Shown here: positions 36,481 through 47,918 of the stretch, in pieces
Layout of the letters: each line of letters begins with the position of its first letter
How positions within the stretch are numbered: position 1 is the stretch's first letter
DNA from: Mayamaea pseudoterrestris
Taxonomy: Eukaryota
Length of the DNA: 64,000 nt
Assembly (NCBI GenBank): GCA_027923505.1
Contig: BROI01000010.1
Coordinates: 682,001 to 746,000 of the forward strand
Direction: 5' to 3'
Notes under the pieces: model-generated
Database searches by the model: none
Told to the model about the DNA's origin: nothing
The model's input: only the letters and a program-made list of their open reading frames with translations
Position numbers and translations under genes: made by a program

Positions 36481-36822
36481 ATGGCAGAAAACGCTCCGAC
36501 AGGAGCCGCCCGCTCGCAAATGATGCCGACGTTTTCTCCTTTGTCGAAGTCGAGATCCACAATTGCAGCAACAGCGATTCCTCGCTCCAGCAGCCTCAAC
36601 GCTGACATTACATCTGCATGGATCACGCGTGACGCTTCCGAACGCTTACTGCGTGACCGCGCCAAGCTGGCGGCGTCGCTGCGGGTCAAGGAATGTCCGT
36701 CTCTTGTTGGATTAAATATTTCACAAGCTGCCATGCAGCGAATTGCGCAACACAAGGCAGCGACTGTTCGATTGGCGTTTGATGTAGCTGCGGGAACTGT
36801 GCTTCGGGGAATTCAAGAGCTT

Positions 36823-36861
<39 letters not shown>

Positions 36862-39800
36862 GAAAGTAGTAGTGGAACTAGTAATGATGAAACTGTCATA
36901 CCTGCCGATCTTCCTCACATTCTACGCGACTGGAAGGCACTTGAAGCCATTCGCAACGACAGTTTGGAGCAAACGCACAATAACAAGGACAACTTTAAGC
37001 GAGATACTGCAATGACGCGTACGAAAACAGCCTCTCCTATAGCCGATATGTCGTTGGAAGAATTCACAAATGCAGCAATCGACACTGCGAGTGTAAAACC
37101 AGACACTGCGTCGTCCAAGTCGTCTACCATAATTGCAAAGACCACTGCGGCAAAACTGAGCGGCAACAAATTTTCTACAAATGGACAAGATAAAGGACCC
37201 AAATTTACTCGCAATACTCCAGCCTCATCGGCCGCCGCCCTGGACTATCGCTTCACGTCGTCACGTGCGATTCTGTGCGCCGCTGCGAATTTGCACTTTG
37301 AGGCACTCACACCTGCCTTTCACGATCGAGAATCCATGGACGTGTTAAATATTCCGCAGAATCCGGTCTCTTTGAGTCATAGCAACGCAATTGGTCCTCC
37401 TATCACGGCCCAAATTAATATGGGTGCCGTTCGCGTCGAAGCCATGACACTCGGTCAGCGGAGCATTTCGGTCATGGAGAACGCCGTTCGACGGAGTAAG
37501 CTACGCTACCAGTATCGTCGGGAAAATGCCCTTTATGATCAAAGAGATGAGGATGGGGCGTTTTTGCAGCTGGAGAATCCTTTTTCATGGAATACAGTCG
37601 ACGAGTCTGATGCAGTTTTAACGGACGAGGAGGATTTGATGATTGTTCAACATTTGCCCACAGCGTCGTCGGCGTTGACGCTGTCGTGGAACAATAAGTG
37701 TTTACCACGACTACTCTCCGTTTTAAACAAGGGAGCTGGACATGCAATTTACCATGATGTGGAATTTGCGAGTCGGCATGGACGCATTGCAGATTTGCTG
37801 CGCAGGCTCACCAACGCTGCTGACAGTTATGGTCCCCATTTGATTATTACCGTTGAACCAGAACTCATAAGCTTCGCTCAAGAATTTTGCGACGTAAATA
37901 ATCACTTGGGGTTGATAAATGCATTTGCTCCCGAGAAGATGCGCGTCTTGACCTACCAAGGCTCATCCGCTACTCGACGCAAGCTTCGAAGGTACTTTGG
38001 CACAGCCCATGGCTTGCCAACGTCTCCCTTTCACGTGATGGTGACGACATATGCGAATTTCTTAGCAGACTATTTACACTTTTGTCAGATTCCATGGGAA
38101 GTCGTGGTGCTGGACGACGGTGTGTCGTGGATGAGCGCCGCCCAAGGCGATCAGAATTCGGCCATAGGCACCATTTGGGATAATGGCATTTGGAGTTCCA
38201 ACGATCAGCACGTTGGGCTTGCGGGGACTTCAGCAACGGAATGGAACTATAAGCTGGACATTGTTCCGGAGGCGATAGTTCAAGAAGCGTGGATAGGATT
38301 GACTGCAAGGCACCGCCTCATAACGGCGGCATCGATGACAATCGACCAGCGTTCGACGGCCGACATTGTCCCTGTGACTGGCTTGCTTGGATTTGTTGCT
38401 CCTCATTTTGCTGCGACTGTGCGAGAGGAATGGGACCGAAGCCGCATTACTGCGGATGCTAAGAGCATGGACCATTTCCGCCAGCTGGTGGCAAGGTCAA
38501 CCGTCGTGCACTGCGTCGAAGGACCCTATGATAATATGCATGCGCTCGCTATGCTCGGCTTGACTGGAAAGCTTGGTATTCGTGAGTATCAATCTCTGGA
38601 TATCCCAGAGGTAATGGGTGACGACGCATTTGTGTCGGCGGGTAAAATTAGCTTTGGACGACGTTCCTCGCTCCAGTGGCTTGGGCCAATGGATCGCTCT
38701 TGGCTCCGCTACGAACTTGGAAAGTCTGAGCTGCAACACATTCTTGATGGCATGAAGATTAGCAATAAGCACGGGGCGTTCTGCGAAGAGATTACCACCG
38801 CGTCTTCCACGACATCCTCCGGCGCAACTGGACAGGTGGCTGGATCGTATGCCTACCGCTTGGCTGTGTGTTGTGGCCGACATTTTGGATCAGAGCAAGG
38901 GCTTCGCCAGCACATTAACGCATTGCATGCGCCTCCTGGGACATGGCTTTGTCGCACATGCGGATCTGATTGCATGACAAGCCAGGCGAGGACGCATCAT
39001 GAACGCTCCTGTGGTCAGCCCCCGTCGGGATCGGTTGCTGGAGAAGTAGGAACCACTGTCGGTGCCACTCCTACAGTCGGTCAAGGATCATTAGGGAAAA
39101 GCGGAGTTGGGAAGAAAAAATCAAACCGATCGTCGCAATCAACTACCACAAACGCGGAAATGGATTCAGATGGATCGTTTCGGGTGCCAAGCTATCGCGG
39201 TGTCTGGGTTAATGAAAAAGGTAAGCATTTTATAAAGATTAATGGGAAGCCGGCAACAGAAGATGATGGCGAAAATATATTGTGGTTTGACGAGTCAGAT
39301 GCTGCGGCAAGGGCGTATGACTCTCTCGCAAAGGCTCGAGCGGACGAAGAAAATAATGATCTGGAGCTAAACTTTAATGAGGATGGATCGAGGAGGACTT
39401 TTCAAGACGATATGTTGCAATCAACATCTGGTGGGCTCGGAGGAAGCGCTGTTTCAGTCGTTCCCGCATTGTCTATTATCAACATAAAGGTATGTTTAAA
39501 TGCTTCAATTTTTGCAGCTTAATTCGCATAAAAATGTCTCACGCAGCATATCAACATGAAGGATCTTCCTCCTCATGTAAAGCCGCTACTTCGCGATCCT
39601 CGCCAGACATCGAGGACAGGCGGCAACAGCAAGCGGCATGTCTACGCGTACCGGGGTGTTTGCCGCCAAGCACGTAAAGGTAAGTGAATAATTTTCGACT
39701 TTTCCTCCGTAGCATCGCATTATAGTTTGTGACAGCTGATTACCAAATATTAGGGCACGATCGATGGCAAAGTCAAATTTCGTTTATGGGCGTGAACCAT

Positions 39801-40886
39801 TATCTTGGAACTTTCGACTCGGAATGGGACGCTGCAGCCATCTACTCGTGGGCTCATCTTATATTGTATGGCGAGGAAGCGACCAAGCAGGCTCAAAAAG
39901 AAGGCGAGGAAGCAGCAGCCGCATATGAGCAAGAGCAAAGGGACATCGCCGCCGGCAAGATTCCAGAGCCATTAGCCAAACCCAAGAAGCCAAAGAAAGA
40001 ATACCAAGACGCTTCTAGCAATAAGAAGGAGAAACATGCTAAGGACAAGATTGGGGACAGTTCACCGAAGAAGCGAAAGAACAAGGAGACGAGCACAAGT
40101 AATGAAAAGAAAGCGAAAACGAACACCAAAGCATGCAAGTTGGAGAAGGAAGCGATTGGTTCGACAGTGGCAAAAGGAGTGACTAGAGCACATGTTTTGG
40201 CTCCGCGATTTGAGGACGCCTCCGACTTGGATCTCGTCGAGAATGCTTCACGAAAGCTCATTGCGGCGCGCAAATTGTCATACTGCGTGTCAGCCGAGCA
40301 CGATTTCGCATCCACCATTATTGAGACGCTCCGTCCTTGTGTTCCATTGTGCAATCTAAGTGCTTCGCCCGTGAAAGGATCCGCTTTGCTTGTGGGGCTT
40401 TCACCAAATTTGTACGACTGGGACCTGCAACATTTCGTTTCGTCGCGTTGTGAAAACTCCTCTCAGGATCTTACGACGTTGATACAGATGCTGGCAGTTG
40501 AATATGATGACGACGGTATGAACGAGAGATTTCGTAGTGCTTTACAAGGATCAGTTACCGTCCTGGGTAGAGCAAACGAGACAACAACTCATGCATACAA
40601 AAAGCTAGGTCTCGGAACCGTCGCGATGGGTGGTACAGTTGGTCGAATTGACTGTCATCTTGGAGGAGTTCCTGGCTCCTGCAGTGAAATGGCCGCGTGT
40701 ATTACCTGCTCTCGCCAAAATCCTCAGAGCAATTTCATGCTCTCCTGCCTGTCGGACGAAGACACTGTCACACTGAATGGCAAAGTTGTAAATATTGACA
40801 TGGGACAATTGCCGTTGTTTAACGAAGATGTTATTTCAATTGGTGCCCGAGTAGTGGCTATTCTTTTTGATACAAACTACGAGTAG
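36481..40886 (+). CDS. Large nuclear regulator: degenerate SNF2_N lobe, C2H2 fingers, two AP2-like domains, C-terminal FHA-like region; introns 39490-39561, 39680-39753
   Basis: Splicing yields YRGVCRQARKGHDRWQSQISFMGVNHYLGTFDSEWDAAAIY (AP2); YRGVWVNEKGK...AAARAYD (AP2); CGRHFGSEQGLRQHINALH and CRTCG...HHERSC. Confidence 0.8.
36823..36858 (+). repeat. (CAG)12 encoding a polyglutamine tract
   Basis: Uninterrupted CAG run in frame within CDS 36481. Confidence 0.95.
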
Positions 40887-40943
40887 ATAAATTTGCCATC
40901 ACCTTACTTTTTTATGATACATTATCTGTATTTTCACCTACTT

Positions 40944-43034
40944 TTAATCCTCATCAGTCTCGTCAACAGCTTCGGCGCGCTTGCTGCCATACAACTCGTC
41001 CCATGCTAGATATTGTTCCAAGTCGGAGGGAGCAACGCTTGGATTCATGGACCTCAATGACTGTCGAAAATGCTTGTAAGAAATGGCAGGAACGTCATTA
41101 CAATCTACCTCAAGTGCGCGAGCACCAAGTGCACGTATCGGACCCATAGCAGCGTCTGTGCATAGTGCCTTTAGATCTGCTCCACTGAATCCATCAGTAT
41201 CCTTTGCTAGTCGTTCAATTTCAGCTATAGTGAGCGCATGTTTATTCTTCGCCAAGAGCACCTGCAGCAATACTTTTCGATCATCTTCTTCCGGCAGGGG
41301 TATGTATAATCGTTTCGTAAAGCGTCTTCGTGCTGCTTCATCTAACTCTTGTGGACGATTTGTCGCTCCAATCATGAGCACTCGCCCTTGCCCCTCGGTT
41401 CCCGTGCCGTCCAACTGCACAAGAAATTCCGTCTTAATGCGCCGACTCGCTTCATTCTCATCAGCCTTGCGTTGCGTCAACAGACTGTCAAGCTCATCTA
41501 CAAATATGACAGAAGCCGCGTAGTAGGCTGCCACCGCAAACAAAGTACGAACTAGCTTTTCGCCCTCACCGATCCACTTGCTGGTAAGCGACGAACTTGA
41601 TATCGAAAAAAAGGTGGCTCCCGCCTCGTGCGCTATCGCCTTTCCGATTAAAGTCTTGCCCGTTCCCGGTGGACCAAACAGTAGAAGTCCATTTGGTGCA
41701 CGTCGCAGTCCAGTAAACAAATCAGGTCGCTTCATGGGCCAACACACCACTTCTTGAACTGTCTGTTTCGCGTTCGCAAGTCCGGCAATGTCGTCAAACG
41801 TTATCGTTTCGCTTCCAGCCGGATCCATAATTTCGTCGCGAATTTTATTGACCAGATCCTTCCCATAGCGTTGCAGTGGCTCTGGTAGCTCATCATCGTT
41901 GTCCGCTGCCACTGCATTGTTGTTTTCAGTGGTGGCGTAGTTGCTGGTAGTTGAATTGGCCGCCGGAGGCTGTCGAGTGCGCGCGGTGTTAATGTTCTTG
42001 CTGTTAGCGGTTTGTTCGCCAACGGCACCAATCGGCTTTTTAATGGGCGGTTGATACTTGCGTTTAAGCGAATCGCGAATGACTAGAGCGGGGGGCGGTG
42101 GCGGACTCGATGACACGCTACTGTTGTTTGGGTAATGGCTATTGGCATATGGATTGAACCCAGAATGTTGCATTGGCTGCTGAACATATAGAGACTGCTG
42201 TATTTGCGATGCTTGTGAGCTTCCATATTGCGTTTGCGGTGGCAGTTGATGCTGGCCATTACTTCCAATGCGAGCGTACTCGGCAGCTGTTTGAAACGGA
42301 TTGCCAACGTTGTCTTGCTGGATTGTCCACGACGCGGCGCCGTTTATATCGGTCCGATGGTCATGCGGCTGCTGGAGCTGCTGGGCAGGGAAATGCGCAG
42401 TAGCAGGCGCTATCGCTGTTTGCGACAGTCTTGGAGGAGGTTTCGCCGACGCGTATGAGCTATAAGATGACTGAACATCATAACCTGCAGTTTGCTCATT
42501 GTTGAAATGTGTTCTCGATGTAGCGGAGGATGGCACAGACGGATCATGCGTCTTTAGATTCGTTAGTGGCTCCTGCGATGGCAAGTCTATCTGTTCCTGC
42601 TCGACTTCGTTGTCGCTCATGGATTCATCATCTGATTCCCCTTCCATGATCGACTGACAAGCATGCGGATACGCTTCTAGGAAGTCGTCTATATCCGAGT
42701 CCTTGCAGCGATTAGAATCTCGAAACGATTCTTGTTGACGTAGAGGACGCAGACTATTGATAGTTGCTTCGCCTGGCAGTAGCGAAAGGAAGGCTTTTCG
42801 CTGGGTCGAGGTGGCTGAGAATCTTTCTATCCATTTACGGCCCACTTCCTTGTCTTGCCCCAACATATGAACAGTTCCCATGATGCCAGAGCGAATTAAT
42901 AGGTTTTGGCCGGCAAGACGTTGAAGTGCAGCAATATTAGTGCTTGGTGTCTTTTCGATTTCGGCACTGACGTCCCGACTTTTTCGTAGCCAGTCCTCGT
43001 ACAAAAGACCAGTAGACAATTCGTGAAGAGGCAT
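40944..43034 (-). CDS. FIGNL1: Fidgetin-like AAA ATPase
   Basis: FDDIAGL, WPMKRPDLFTGLR, GPPGTGKT, SSLTSKWIGEGEK, RRIKTEFLVQLDG, ELDEAARRRF. Confidence 0.88.
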   Translation of the reverse strand: MPLHELSTGLLYEDWLRKSRDVSAEIEKTPSTNIAALQRLAGQNLLIRSGIMGTVHMLGQDKEVGRKWIERFSATSTQRKAFLSLLPGEATINSLRPLRQQESFRDSNRCKDSDIDDFLEAYPHACQSIMEGESDDESMSDNEVEQEQIDLPSQEPLTNLKTHDPSVPSSATSRTHFNNEQTAGYDVQSSYSSYASAKPPPRLSQTAIAPATAHFPAQQLQQPHDHRTDINGAASWTIQQDNVGNPFQTAAEYARIGSNGQHQLPPQTQYGSSQASQIQQSLYVQQPMQHSGFNPYANSHYPNNSSVSSSPPPPPALVIRDSLKRKYQPPIKKPIGAVGEQTANSKNINTARTRQPPAANSTTSNYATTENNNAVAADNDDELPEPLQRYGKDLVNKIRDEIMDPAGSETITFDDIAGLANAKQTVQEVVCWPMKRPDLFTGLRRAPNGLLLFGPPGTGKTLIGKAIAHEAGATFFSISSSSLTSKWIGEGEKLVRTLFAVAAYYAASVIFVDELDSLLTQRKADENEASRRIKTEFLVQLDGTGTEGQGRVLMIGATNRPQELDEAARRRFTKRLYIPLPEEDDRKVLLQVLLAKNKHALTIAEIERLAKDTDGFSGADLKALCTDAAMGPIRALGARALEVDCNDVPAISYKHFRQSLRSMNPSVAPSDLEQYLAWDELYGSKRAEAVDETDED

Positions 43035-43447
43035 TGTAATTTTTCGAGCAAATGAAGTGTTTTTTTATTACATGCAAGTGGCGAACGCAACAGCGCCGTG
43101 CGGGTCAAAGGCCATGGTCGAGAAATGCGACGGTTTCCTTTCACGCGTCTCTCTATATAAGCCATTTGAAGTTGTATTCATATTTGTTAAGCCTAAAGAT
43201 TGACAGATTTTATTTTATATTGCCTGTTTACAACGCAGCTAATGAAATCATAAGGCTATTGTACCTCTTGTATTGCCTTGCGAATTGTTTATCTTGTTTT
43301 CCTACTTATGCCTAAAAGTTTCGATGCCTCGTCACTTTCGACGACCTTTTCAACGTTCACGCCATCACATCATCTCTGTGAGCTGTGAGCAATACTCGTA
43401 TACTCGTATATTAGCAATCATCAGACCGGTAGTCTGATCGTTGCTGG

Positions 43448-44672
43448 TTTATAATACGCTTTGATGGCTCAATCAGACGCCCAAGGGATTAAGGCTTTCC
43501 CACGAGTCAGCTCATAACAAGAGCCGCTTGCGCTGCCGTCGTCTCACATGACGACGAAGAGTTGATTGCGGTGGTGTGCGAGGAAAGCGATGGATGATTA
43601 CACATGTTCTATTGAAGCATAAAAGGAAGGAACCCTGCTCGGACTGTAGTTGTTGGTCGGTGTGGAACCTGCGACGGCATTACATTGTCGAGTCCACGCT
43701 CCACATCATTGCCGTGATTCCATTGAACCGGTGACAGGTGACAGTAAAATGGTAATTCAGCAAATTCAAGACAGAGCCAAGCCTCGTCGGTTGCAGGAAT
43801 AGTACAAAAAAGTCATTGAGTTGATTGATCAGTTTCTATAGCGTCGAACTGCAGCGCATTCCATACGAACGGACTGGTATATGCTATGCCGCCATGCCGC
43901 TATGCCCAAGCAGGATTGCTTATTGATTATCGTGCAAATCAGAACAAGCCAGTTATAAGGACTCTTGGACGAGCCTTGCTGGTATTGGAGCAGCAGCATC
44001 AGCAGCATCATTGACGAGTTGCATTCAAGGATGCGTAATGACGAGCAAGAGAAGAATCAGCTCAAGGATTTTGGAATGAGCACATTTCTGGTGGCTCATA
44101 CTCGCGACGGCCTTTCTATCGGCGCATGGCTGCCGTGGCTGTCCATCAAAAGTGATGTTGCTACGCTTGTCTGGATTCGGTCAGAAATGACAACGGAGCT
44201 CGCCACCAATAGAAACAAGGTAAACGCACCAAATGGTCTGGCTCACCATTTTTTTTTAGTGGAAACCGCAGTTGTTGAACTTTTTGGTTTGGAAATGTCG
44301 GCGCAGTTTAAGAAAGTTGATGACTTGCGTCGCAAGAATCGAGCCATGTCGGCACGATATGATGTTATGGCCAAACGTATCCGGTCGAAAGATGCATGCT
44401 ATAGCAAATGCTTCGCAAGCATTATTGAGAAAACTTGCAGCGACGATTCAATGGAAACCGCCTCGTCGGACGTTCGAGCGACACCTATCAATCAGCACGT
44501 ATTGTTTTCGGGTCAAGACTCGTATTGGATCAGTACCAATGCAATGAAAGTCATTGAGTTGCAAATGTTTGTCGATTGTCGAGGTGACGCGCAATGTTCA
44601 CAGATCGTTTCCTTTCAGCAGTACTTTCTCTTTTCTATTATATTCCCATACATTGTATATTTTAACGCGTGA
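43448..44672 (+). pseudogene. RNase HI-domain gene remnant
   Basis: FIIRFDGSIRRPRD*GFPT (43448), SIEA*KEGTLLGL* (43608), GDSKMVIQQI (43737), VELQRIPYER: RNase H D-E-D motif regions broken by stops and frameshifts. Confidence 0.7.
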
Positions 44673-44818
44673 AGTCGGCCGTTTTAATGTCATGCTGGAT
44701 GCTGTATAGCAAACTACCTAGTGTAACTGTAGTTTAGGGTAATGGGGTGATGGCGCCGCATCCGAGTCAATTACTATTCCTCGTCTTAAAGCTTTTAGAA
44801 AGTAAATCCACGTTACTT

Positions 44819-45397
44819 TTACGCCTTATCAACCCTGTTACCAAACTCATCCAGGTAGACCCACTCGCCCGTCTTTTCATCGACAAACTCGGTCCACTCG
44901 GCATTCTGAGGAATCAATCCAGCGTACTTTTCGGCATCATTCTGAACCCACTTTTCCTTTCCAATAATGTCAGTGACCTCGTGTCCCTGCATGGCCAAAA
45001 CCTCCTCAACTTCCTTGCCTGGATGCAAGTCCAAATGTTCAGTCTCAACGACAATGGGAGATTCGTTAAATTGATGGAGGGGTGGCGGCGATGAAAGAGT
45101 GAACTCCAACGAGTTGGCGATCAAAGGGACAATCACATTGTCGCCACCGGATGTCAAGTCAGGATTGGTGGAGAATGAGCGAGCTACTGCAGGGAACGAA
45201 GAAGCAAAAGCATGATGAGGTTGGAAGGAGTTGCCAATGTTGTGTCGTCTGGCTGTCGTAGGCCAATCGCTTCCAGGCCCTTACTGCTCTGCAGATCGAA
45301 CAGAAATCAACGTAAATGACAGGTGTTCTCACTCACCTGCTTGACGCACAGAGCTCGCTACTGGGCGACAGGCTCTACGTAGTGCTAGCGACAACAT
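44819..45397 (-). CDS. Nucleus-encoded Cox1 C-terminal fragment (Cox1-c)-like mitochondrial protein; intron 45187-45336
   Basis: Spliced MLSLALRRACRPVASSVRQAVARSFST presequence, then NSLEFTLSSPPPLHQFNESP, which matches the Cox1 C-tail motif SLEWxxxSPPxxHxF. Confidence 0.75.
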
Positions 45398-45652
45398 AGT
45401 TAAGCAGAGTATAGGCGGACAGAGTGTCGCGAGACTGCCAAGGAGAGCTGCTTTTGGACCGCACCTTCTCGTCGCGCCAATCTCGCGCGTCATCGTCGAA
45501 GGAATGAGAGTCGCGGTAAGACTTATATGTGTCGCAGCGGTGATTAGTCGAGGCCATCGAAACTTCGGCGTGACAGAAGTTTCGATGGATCAACACATTG
45601 CGTAGTGTCGTCATCCTTTTTGTTTCATCTATTAGCATCAACTTTGTGAAAC

Positions 45653-47857
45653 ATGAGTCACTTACTTCAGAAACTGGGTAGTCGACGACCGGCTAATTCG
45701 ATCATCCACTCGAATCCTTTATCTATATCAGTATTCCTTTGCCTCCTCGTCGTCGTCGCAACACAAGCTGAACGATCATGCAGCCCTCATTCATCGCGCA
45801 TCCATCGAGGCGGAGCGACATCGTCTCCATCAACTACAACTCACGATTTGCATAATGAACCAGCAATAATGCGAGTGGCTTATCAAGGAGTTGCTGGCGC
45901 CTATTCGGAGAAGGCGACTCGAGAGTTGCTTGGCGACAAAGTGATTGCTGTTGGAAGACCATCCTTCGAGGATTGCTTTAGGGCTGTTGCCTCCTTGGAG
46001 TGCGATTATGCATGTCTTCCAATTGAAAACTCACTTGGAGGTAGTATTCATGAGAATTACGATCTTATGCTGCGGTACGACTTGACTATCATCGGGGAGC
46101 ACGAGTTTCGCGTCAAGCATTGTCTGCTGGCAACAAGGGGAGTCAAGCGCGAAGACTTGAAGTACGCTATTTCGCATCCACAGGCATTGGCGCAGTGCGA
46201 CAATTTTCTGAGAGGACTAGGAATAAAGCCGATTGCAACATACGATACGGCTGGGAGCGCCAAGATGCTGGCTGAGAACGACAAGTTACCTGATGGATGC
46301 ACGCCGCAAAATACATGCGCCATTGCGTCGGACTTGGCGGGACGAACGTATGGTCTCAATTGCCTGGAAGCTGGGATCGAAGACGACGATACCAACTTTA
46401 CTCGATTCCTCTTACTCGCACGCAAGGGCGTGGTAGAATTTTTATCCAAAAATATACCTGCTAAAACGTCCATTGTATTCACCTTTTCAAACGCGGCTGG
46501 TGCACTCTACAAGGCTCTCGCTTGCTTTGCGCTCCGTGACATTGACTGCTCAAAGATTGAAAGCAGACCGACATCTGCATCCTTGCTTAATTTCCTAAAG
46601 TTCAAGAGCCAGCAAGCTGGCCGCAAGATTCGCAACAAGCAAGAGTCGTCACGCTTTCGATACTGCTTTTACCTTGACTTTCTCGCAAACCAGTTGGACC
46701 CCAAGACTCAAAATGCGCTTGCCCATTTGCGGGAACAGGCCGACTATGTGCGAATTCTTGGCTCCTTTCCGCAAAAGTCTCGTCTCGTTGGACCTGTGGC
46801 GGATGCTGTTGAGCGGCTCAAGCATGTTACTGTTGCCGAGTCAAAGGCAATGTCAATTTCGACGCTCCCGAGTGACACCGAGGATAGCAAGCCTTTGAGG
46901 ATAGGCATTGTTGGATTTGGGCCCTTTGGACAAGTCTTGGCGCAAAAGATGGCACTCAAGCATCACGTCAGCTGCTTGGATCAAGGCGACAAGTCTGCTG
47001 CAGCGGCGGAATTGGGACTAGAATTTTATCCAAGTTTCGAATCAACAAAGTTCTTGGCAGGCGTTGACATTGTGGTTGTGACGGCGGAATTAATCGACTT
47101 TGAAACTGCTGTTCAGGCGCTGCCAGCGTCGTCAATGAAGAGCAAGCTCGTGGTCGAAACTTGTGCGCTGAATACGCATCCAAAATCTGTCCTTCTTCGA
47201 ACATTTAGCGATGTAACCGACATTGATATCCTTTCGACGCATCCCATGCTTGGTCCGGTGCGAGCGGGCGAGAGCGGTGATCCGTACACGTCATCGGTGT
47301 GGGAGGGCCGACCGATGGTGTATGAAAAGGTGCGAGTGTCTAACATGGCGCGCTGTGACAAGTTCTTAAAGATTTTTGAGGAAGCTCGTTGCCAAATGGT
47401 GGAGATGGATGCGGCTGCACATGACGCCACGGTTGCTGACGCTGAATTTGTGACGCACTTGGCCGGGCGACTGTTGGTTGACAAACAACTGCTGCCTCCA
47501 TCTCCAGTGATTTCAAAGGAATATGCCGCACTCTGTGACGTAGCCGACATGACTTCTAGTGATTCGTTTGATCAGTTCTTCGGCATGTTCAAGTACAATG
47601 AGAACGCGAGGACTCACCTGACCAAGATGCGAGACAACCTTGCTCGGCTGGAGCAGCAGCTAGCGGCAAAGGAAGCATACTTGGCAGCTGGCATCGAACT
47701 ACGGAACAGTGATCGGCAAAGGTTACTGGCAGAGACCAAGTTGCTGTTGCAGGAAGTGGCACAAAGTAGCGGATTTTTTAGGAATGAGAGAGAAGCTCCG
47801 CCAAAGATTGTTGCCAAGGACGATTCACAAGTAAAGCCGCCAACGAAGAGTCTATAA
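45653..47857 (+). CDS. Fused prephenate/arogenate dehydratase (with ACT domain) + arogenate/prephenate dehydrogenase
   Basis: RVAYQGVAGAYSE, LPIENS, SHPQALAQC, NFTRF, SKIESRP; then IGIVGFGPFG, THPMLGP, HD...FVTH. Confidence 0.9.
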   Translation: MSHLLQKLGSRRPANSIIHSNPLSISVFLCLLVVVATQAERSCSPHSSRIHRGGATSSPSTTTHDLHNEPAIMRVAYQGVAGAYSEKATRELLGDKVIAVGRPSFEDCFRAVASLECDYACLPIENSLGGSIHENYDLMLRYDLTIIGEHEFRVKHCLLATRGVKREDLKYAISHPQALAQCDNFLRGLGIKPIATYDTAGSAKMLAENDKLPDGCTPQNTCAIASDLAGRTYGLNCLEAGIEDDDTNFTRFLLLARKGVVEFLSKNIPAKTSIVFTFSNAAGALYKALACFALRDIDCSKIESRPTSASLLNFLKFKSQQAGRKIRNKQESSRFRYCFYLDFLANQLDPKTQNALAHLREQADYVRILGSFPQKSRLVGPVADAVERLKHVTVAESKAMSISTLPSDTEDSKPLRIGIVGFGPFGQVLAQKMALKHHVSCLDQGDKSAAAAELGLEFYPSFESTKFLAGVDIVVVTAELIDFETAVQALPASSMKSKLVVETCALNTHPKSVLLRTFSDVTDIDILSTHPMLGPVRAGESGDPYTSSVWEGRPMVYEKVRVSNMARCDKFLKIFEEARCQMVEMDAAAHDATVADAEFVTHLAGRLLVDKQLLPPSPVISKEYAALCDVADMTSSDSFDQFFGMFKYNENARTHLTKMRDNLARLEQQLAAKEAYLAAGIELRNSDRQRLLAETKLLLQEVAQSSGFFRNEREAPPKIVAKDDSQVKPPTKSL

Positions 47858-47918
47858 ATGTCATTGTAGTCACGGTAATTAGTGACTTGAGCATTTCTGA
47901 ACATAAATCGATTATATA

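Noticed and set aside
43448..43830. In-frame TAA/TAG as stop-codon reassignment
   Set aside because: Neighbouring intact genes end in TAA/TAG and the region also has frameshifts, which fits decay
13048..47857. Aromatic amino acid gene cluster (DHQ-SDH and PDT-ADH)
   Set aside because: They are 30 kb apart with many unrelated genes between; likely coincidence
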